From: Octopus vulgaris
Lineage: Eukaryota
NCBI GenBank assembly: GCA_951406725.2
Contig: OX597818.1
Span: forward strand, 31,620,001 to 31,684,000
Length of the DNA: 64,000 nt
Direction: 5' to 3'
The notes under the pieces are model-generated. The model saw only the letters and a program-made list of their open reading frames with translations. It searched no databases and was not told the DNA's origin. Each line of letters begins with the position of its first letter. The first letter of the stretch is position 1. Shown piece after piece: positions 58,499-64,000 of this stretch. The position numbers were made by a program, and so were the translations under genes.

Positions 58499-59308
58499 TA
58501 CACAGAGAGAAAAAAACACAGAAAGAAGGAGAGAAAAAAATGCGTGCAGTAGCTAACGAATCAACATGGCGATCTGATTTCGGCCAGAGGTCAAAGATCA
58601 AACATGAGACGCGAGAGCGAAATAAGGGGAGATAATAGGGTTGATAATATGGTTGAAGGACCAGCTAATAGTGCGTAGGAGGGGTCTGGACGTGTGTATG
58701 TATAGGGTTGGTGTATGTATTAGTATGTATAAGGGTGTGTGTGTGTGTGTGTGTGTGTATGGGAGAGTATTAGTGCGTAGCATTGGTGTGGACGTGCGTA
58801 TGTATGGGGTTGGTCTAGTATTAGTATGTATTAGTATGTATTAGTACGTATTAGTATGTATAAGTGTGTGTGTGTGTGTGTATGAGAGAGTATAAGTGCG
58901 TATGATGGGTCTGGACGTGTGTATGTATAGGGTTGGTGTATGTATTAGTATGTACTAGTATGTATTAGTACGTATTAGTATGTATTAGTTGGTGTGTGTA
59001 TTAGTATGGCACATCATATGTGATGTGATGTGTAAAGTCGTGTGGTGTAGTGAGGAGAAGAGGGGGAGAAAGGGGAGGAGAGGGGGAAGAGGAGAGGAGG
59101 GGGGAGAGGAGAGGATGGGGGAGAAGGAAGGGGAGGAGGGGGATGAAGGAGGAAAGAGGGAGAGGGGGAGAGGGGGAGAGAGGGAAGGGGAAGAGGGAAG
59201 GAGGGAGGGAGAAAGAGGGAAGAAGGGAAGGGGAGTAGGGGTGAAAGGATGAAGGACTGAAGAAGTAGGGGTCGGGGGAAAGGATAGGTGAGGAGGGGGA
59301 GAGGGGGG

Positions 59309-62212
59309 TTAGATGAGGAGGGGGGAGAGTTGAGACCAAATGGCGTATAAGAGCGAAGAGAGAAGATTAATTCCTGTTCACGGCGCAAACGGGAATCCGG
59401 ATGGCCTCTGTGTAAGGACAAACCGAACACAGATAGGTGTTGCAAGGAGTGACCGGTGGAGCGGAAATGGCGTGAGACCGGTGTGTCGTTCGCAAGGTGG
59501 ATGTCACGAAGGTGTTCCGCGAACTGGTCAGCCAAGCGGCGTCCCGTTTGTCCGATGTACAAGGAATTGCAGAGAGAGCAAGAGATGCAATAGATAATAT
59601 TGCTGGAGGTGCAGGTGAAGGAGTGGATGATGGGATAGGGTCGATGGTGGGTGCTAGTGAGGCGGGTGGTGTTGGAGAGGTAAGGGCAAGTGCGGCAACG
59701 TGGGCGGGAGCAGGGGAACGAGCCGGGTTGGGAGGTAGGGTCAGGGAAGGAGCTGTGGACCAAAAGGTCTCGAAGGTTGTGGGCTCGTTTGAAAGAGGGG
59801 AGGGGTCGGTTAGGGAAGAGGTGTGAAGTGGACGGGTCGGACTGGAGATGACGGAAAGCTCGAAGAATGGTGCGTTGGAGACGTAGGGTCGTGGGGTGGT
59901 AAGTGAGGGGAAAAGGGAGGCGGGAGACTACAGGGCGGGTTCGGGGAGAGAGAGCAGATACACGGTCCACGGACCGTGCTCTGGCAAGGGCGGTGTGGAT
60001 AGTGGTGAGGGGGTATCCACGTAGGGTGAAGTGGTGAGCCATACGTTGAGACTGAGTCTCAAAGTCATGGTCGTCACTACAGAGCCTACGTAGACGGAGG
60101 AATTGGGAATAGGGGATGGAAAGCTTGGTGTGTTCTGGGTGGGAGGAAGAGAAGTTGAGGTATGAGTGTGAGTCTGTGTGTTTGTAGTGAATGGAGGTGG
60201 TAAGAGTGGAGTGAAGAATGCTAACCGAAATGTCGAGGAAGGAGACAGAGGTGTTGGAGATAGTGGAAGTGAAGTGGAGGGCTGGATGGAAAGATTGGAC
60301 GAAAGAGAGGAAGGAATCTAGATGTTCACGGGAGAGTGAGGTGGCACCGATAATGTCGTCGATGTAACGACCATATAGTTCGGGAGTGGGACCAGTGAAA
60401 TTAGAGAATATTTGGGCCTCAACATAGCCAACGAACAGGTTCGCATAGTTGGGGCCCATTCGCGTTCCCATGGCCACTCCCGAGATCTGATGGTAGAACT
60501 CGCCCGCGAACGAGAAGCAGTTCAGAGTAAGGACAAGTTCGGCCAGACGAATGAGTGTGGAGGTGTCAGGTACAGGGTTAGAGCGGAGGTCAAGAAAGTG
60601 TCGAAGGGCCTGCAGTCCTTCGTGGTGAGGGATAACAGTATAGAGGCTTTGGATGTCCATAGTAAAAAGGATTTTGGAGGAGCCAGGAGGAAAGGAGAAA
60701 GAGTTGAAAAGCCGGAGAGCATGGTTGGTATCGTGGATGTGGGAGGGAAGAGATGCCACTAGGGGGGCAAGGACACGGTCGAGGTATTTAGAGATGAGCT
60801 CCGTGGGGCAGTTACAGGCGGAGACGATGGGGCGGCCAGGGTTGTTGGGTTTGTGGATTTTGGGGAGGAAGTAAATGGTGGGGGTACGTGGGGTTCGCAC
60901 AATTAGGTTGGATGCGGTGCGGGGGAGACGGGAGGACGAGATGAGGTCGTGGACAGTAGAGGATACCGTCTGTTGGTAGCTACGTGTGGGGTTAGAGGGC
61001 AGAGGGGGAATAGAAGGAGGTGTCATTGAGTTGGCGGAAAGCCTCGGCCCTATAGAGGTCCGCGCGCCACACCACTACAGCTCCACCCTTGTCAGCCGGT
61101 TTGATGATAATGTCAGCGCGCCGTTGGAGGGAACGGAGAGCCAAGAGCTCAGCCGGGGAGATGTTGAGGCGGCGTTGGCGCCTGGAGAAGTTGAACCGAT
61201 CCAATGCACGCTGACAAGCGCCCGCGAAAAGATCCACTGCTAGGATCTGGCCAGGGGCAGGCGTCCACGGGGATGGTCGGCGGCCCAGGCCAGTGAAGCA
61301 GTCCTCTTCGTTGGGTGTGGGTGGCGAGTCGTGGTAATGCGCACCCAACCGGACACAGCGCACAAAGCTGTGGACATCAACTCGCGTCTGGAATTCCTTA
61401 CAGGATGGAGTGAGGGGGATGAAACGCAGACCCCTACCAAGGACGGAGCGTTCAGCCGCAGAGAGGGGAAGATCGGGGGGAATGGTAACAACAGACGGAA
61501 GTGGAGAAGGGGTGGGTGGAATAGAAGTAGGAGGGGTGGTAGGTCTCGTGGAGGTCTGAGGGGGAGGGATTGGGGAGGTGTGTGGGGGGTGGTTGGGCGG
61601 GGCAGTAGGGTTAGGTGTAGGTGGATGGAGCCTATCGGGAGGGGAGAAGGGGTTGTAGGGAGGAGCAGTGGGGTTAGGTGTGGGTGGATGGAGCCTATCG
61701 GGAGGGGAGAAGGGTGGTGGAGGAGTTGGGGTAGTGGCGTCGGGTAGGGTGGAATGGAAGAGTGATTGGAGTTTACGAAGTTTGGTATCAGAAAGAAATT
61801 GATGGAAGAGTTGATTCAAATGGATAATGAAGCGTAGCGTGTTTGGAGCATAGAGAGGCGGCAGAGAGGAGAAGGTGGAGAAAGCAGGAGGAAGAAGGCG
61901 GTTGATGGCATGTAGTTTGGAGAGATTGGAGCGAATGGTGGCCCGCATAAGGCGGTAAGATGTGGTGCGGAGTATGGGTAAGATGGAAGAATCCGAGTGG
62001 AGAGCAGGGTGGAAGTGGAGGCGGAAACCTTTAGGGATGAGTCGGTGATGTAGGCAGCGGCTTAGGAAAGAGACATGGCTAGAGAAGCGGGTTTTTTTAA
62101 AAAGAAGTAGAGAGAAATTAACGGACGGCTGAAGGCAATATACAGGAAGAGAACGGGGATGATCCTTCAAACGGTGATGGAGGGTGAGGAGGTAGGACCT
62201 AGGATCCGGCAT
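59309..62212 (-). CDS. PLE polyprotein: N-terminal domain, reverse transcriptase, Cys linker, GIY-YIG endonuclease (~967 aa after correcting two homopolymer frameshifts)
   Basis: ATG at 62212 (MPDPRSY). Motifs: FLSRCLHHRLIPKGF, IKPADKGG, YFLPKIHK..PGRPIVS, FTMDIQSLYT, QISGVAMGT, YGRYIDDI, SFLDI, linker CSRPRCRTC, NIIYCISCSLCNSLYIGQT, C-terminal REQELI..GLN. Split between track ORFs 60992..62596 and 59014..61026 by one extra base in a G/C run near 61004. The stop at 59309-59311 is inferred. Confidence 0.9.
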
Positions 62213-62834
62213 GATGGGATAGCGGAAAAAAAACGTTCGAAAAAAAAAAAAAAAAAAAAAACAAAAATTATCGTATGAAAAAAATAGAAAAAAAGGATAG
62301 CGAAAAAAGGGGAAAAAACAAACGTTCAAAAAAACAAAAAAATAATAATCGTATGAAAAAACTAGATAAGTAAGCGATAGGGGCAGAAAAGACGGGGCAA
62401 ACGGAAAAGGGAAAGAAAGAAGGGAAGCAGAGAGAGGGGGAGGCAAAAAAAGGGGGGGTGCAGGCAGAGGAAACGGAGTATGGACATCCAGAGAGGGAAG
62501 AAAGACAGAAAGGAGAACAAAAATGCAGGAAAATGTGGAAAGCATGAAATGAATGTAAAAAAAGTGGTAATATAAGAGAAAATAAAAATACAACAAACGG
62601 GACAGTTTATGCGAACAAGTTCAAGGTTGAAAGTTCAAGGTGAGAAATGTGTAGACGTCGTGGTATATTTTTTAAGGATTTCACATCAATGCAAAGTCAC
62701 TTTGATCCGCGAAAGAGAGGTGCAGCCAATGGTAAGTATCCAAGAGGTAAAGAAAATCCAAGGTAGAGGTAAGTGTTGACAGTGGTATTGGTAGAATATA
62801 GGATGAAAGTGAGACCACGTGAGCGCATAATATA

Positions 62835-63877
62835 TAACGGGAAGCTTTATGAAAATAGACAAAAGACGAAGGCAGGTGGAAAACAAACGAACAATTGTAT
62901 TAGTATGGCGCTCAGGAAATATAAATAAAACAAGTCTTTAACGTTTCGAGCCTACGCTCTTCAACAGAAAGATACACAGAGAGAAAAAAACACAGAAAGA
63001 AGGAGAGAAAAAAATGCGTGCAGTAGCTAACGAATCAACATGGCGATCTGATTTCGGCCAGAGGTCAAAGATCAAACATGAGACGCGAGAGCGAAATAAG
63101 GGGAGATAATAGGGTTGATAATATGGTTGAAGGACCAGCTAATAGTGCGTAGGAGGGGTCTGGACGTGTGTATGTATAGGGTTGGTGTATGTATTAGTAT
63201 GTATAAGGGTGTGTGTGTGTGTGTGTGTGTGTATGGGAGAGTATTAGTGCGTAGCATTGGTGTGGACGTGCGTATGTATGGGGTTGGTCTAGGTATTAGT
63301 ATGTATTAGTATGTATTAGTACGTATTAGTATGTATAAGTGTGTGTGTGTGTGTGTGTGAGAGAGAGTATAAGTGCGTATGATGGGTCTGGACGTGTGTA
63401 TGTATAGGGTTGGTGTATGTATTAGTATGTATTAGTATGTATTAGTACGTATTAGTATGTATTAGTTGGTGTATGTATTAGTATGGCACATCATATATGA
63501 TGTGATGTGTGAAGTCGTGTGGTGTAGTGAGGAGAAGAGGGGGGAGGAGGAGAGGGGAGGAGAGGGGGGAAGAGGAGAGGAGGGGGGAGAGAGAGGAGGG
63601 GGAGAAGGAAGGGGAGGAGGGGGGGAAGGAGGAAAGAGGGAGAGGGGGAGTGAGGGAGCAGAGGGAAGGGAAGAGGGAAGGAGGGAGGGAGAAAGAGGGA
63701 AGAAGGGAAGGGGAGTAGGGGTGAAAGGATGAAGGACTGAAGAAGTAGGGGTCGGGGGGAAAGGATAGGTGAGGAGGGGGAGAGGGGGGTTAGATGAGGA
63801 GGGGGAGAGTTGAGACCAAATGGCGTATAAGAGCGAAGAGAGAAGATTAATTCCTGTTCACGGCGCAAACGGGAATC
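62835..63877 (-). repeat. Upstream pseudo-LTR (direct repeat of 58361-59397)
   Basis: Near-identical to 58361-59397. Differences lie mostly in G-runs, (GT)n and attagtatgt repeat counts. Confidence 0.95.
62935..62972 (-). ncRNA. Minimal type I hammerhead ribozyme motif in the 5' pLTR
   Basis: Identical to the motif at 58461-58498. Confidence 0.8.
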
Positions 63878-64000
63878 ATAATAAACCTTTACATAAATAA
63901 ATAACGTGAAATACACGAAGGGACGAGCAAAAAGACAAACGGGTCATTCAAAGCCTTCGTTCTTCAGTCAGAAACTGATTCCTCATCGCAGATTTCGGCT

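Larger units (their letters stand above)
58361..63877 (-). mobile_element. Penelope-like retroelement (Neptune-type) with partial-tandem pseudo-LTRs
   Basis: RT+GIY-YIG ORF at ~59309-62212. A ~1.04 kb direct repeat (58361-59397 = 62835-63877) duplicates the ORF 3' end plus 3'UTR upstream of the element, the classic PLE pLTR layout. The 3' end abuts a (TA)n tract. Confidence 0.95.

Noticed and set aside
62213-62596. Phe-rich N-terminal extension of track ORF 60992..62596
   Set aside because: Low-complexity T-rich 5'UTR read from a non-ATG start. PLE-like sequence begins at ATG 62212.
58989-63732. Gly/Glu/Arg-rich plus-strand ORFs over the PLE
   Set aside because: Antisense shadows of a purine-skewed strand, with no domain motifs.
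58361-63877. Interpretation as an LTR retrotransposon
   Set aside because: The repeats lack TG...CA ends, overlap the ORF end, and there is no gag, protease or integrase. RT plus GIY-YIG identifies a PLE.

Overview
AT-rich, microsatellite-dense eukaryotic non-coding DNA with no recognisable host exon. The repeat content suggests an octopod cephalopod, but that assignment is inference. Main coding content: (1) a near-intact ~5.5 kb Penelope-like retroelement (PLE, Neptune-type; RT + Cys linker + GIY-YIG) on the minus strand at 58361-63877, with ~1 kb partial-tandem pseudo-LTRs that each carry a minimal hammerhead ribozyme (HHR) motif; (2) a 1.28 kb decayed mariner nested in a SINE. The rest comprises several tRNA-derived SINE families, a non-autonomous Helitron, two MITEs, LINE relics and many microsatellites. 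The most interesting hidden signal is a set of short HHR-bearing cassettes, often arranged as head-to-head inverted repeats inside (TA)n tracts. One of them is a TSD-flanked element (36643-37168) combining a tRNA-derived head, an (AAT)n tract and an HHR, i.e. a candidate ribozyme-SINE mobilised by PLE machinery. Also notable is a SINE bracketed by a 164-bp direct duplication. Nearly all ORFs in the supplied track are microsatellite or SINE artefacts. All alignments were done by eye, so SINE boundaries are approximate.
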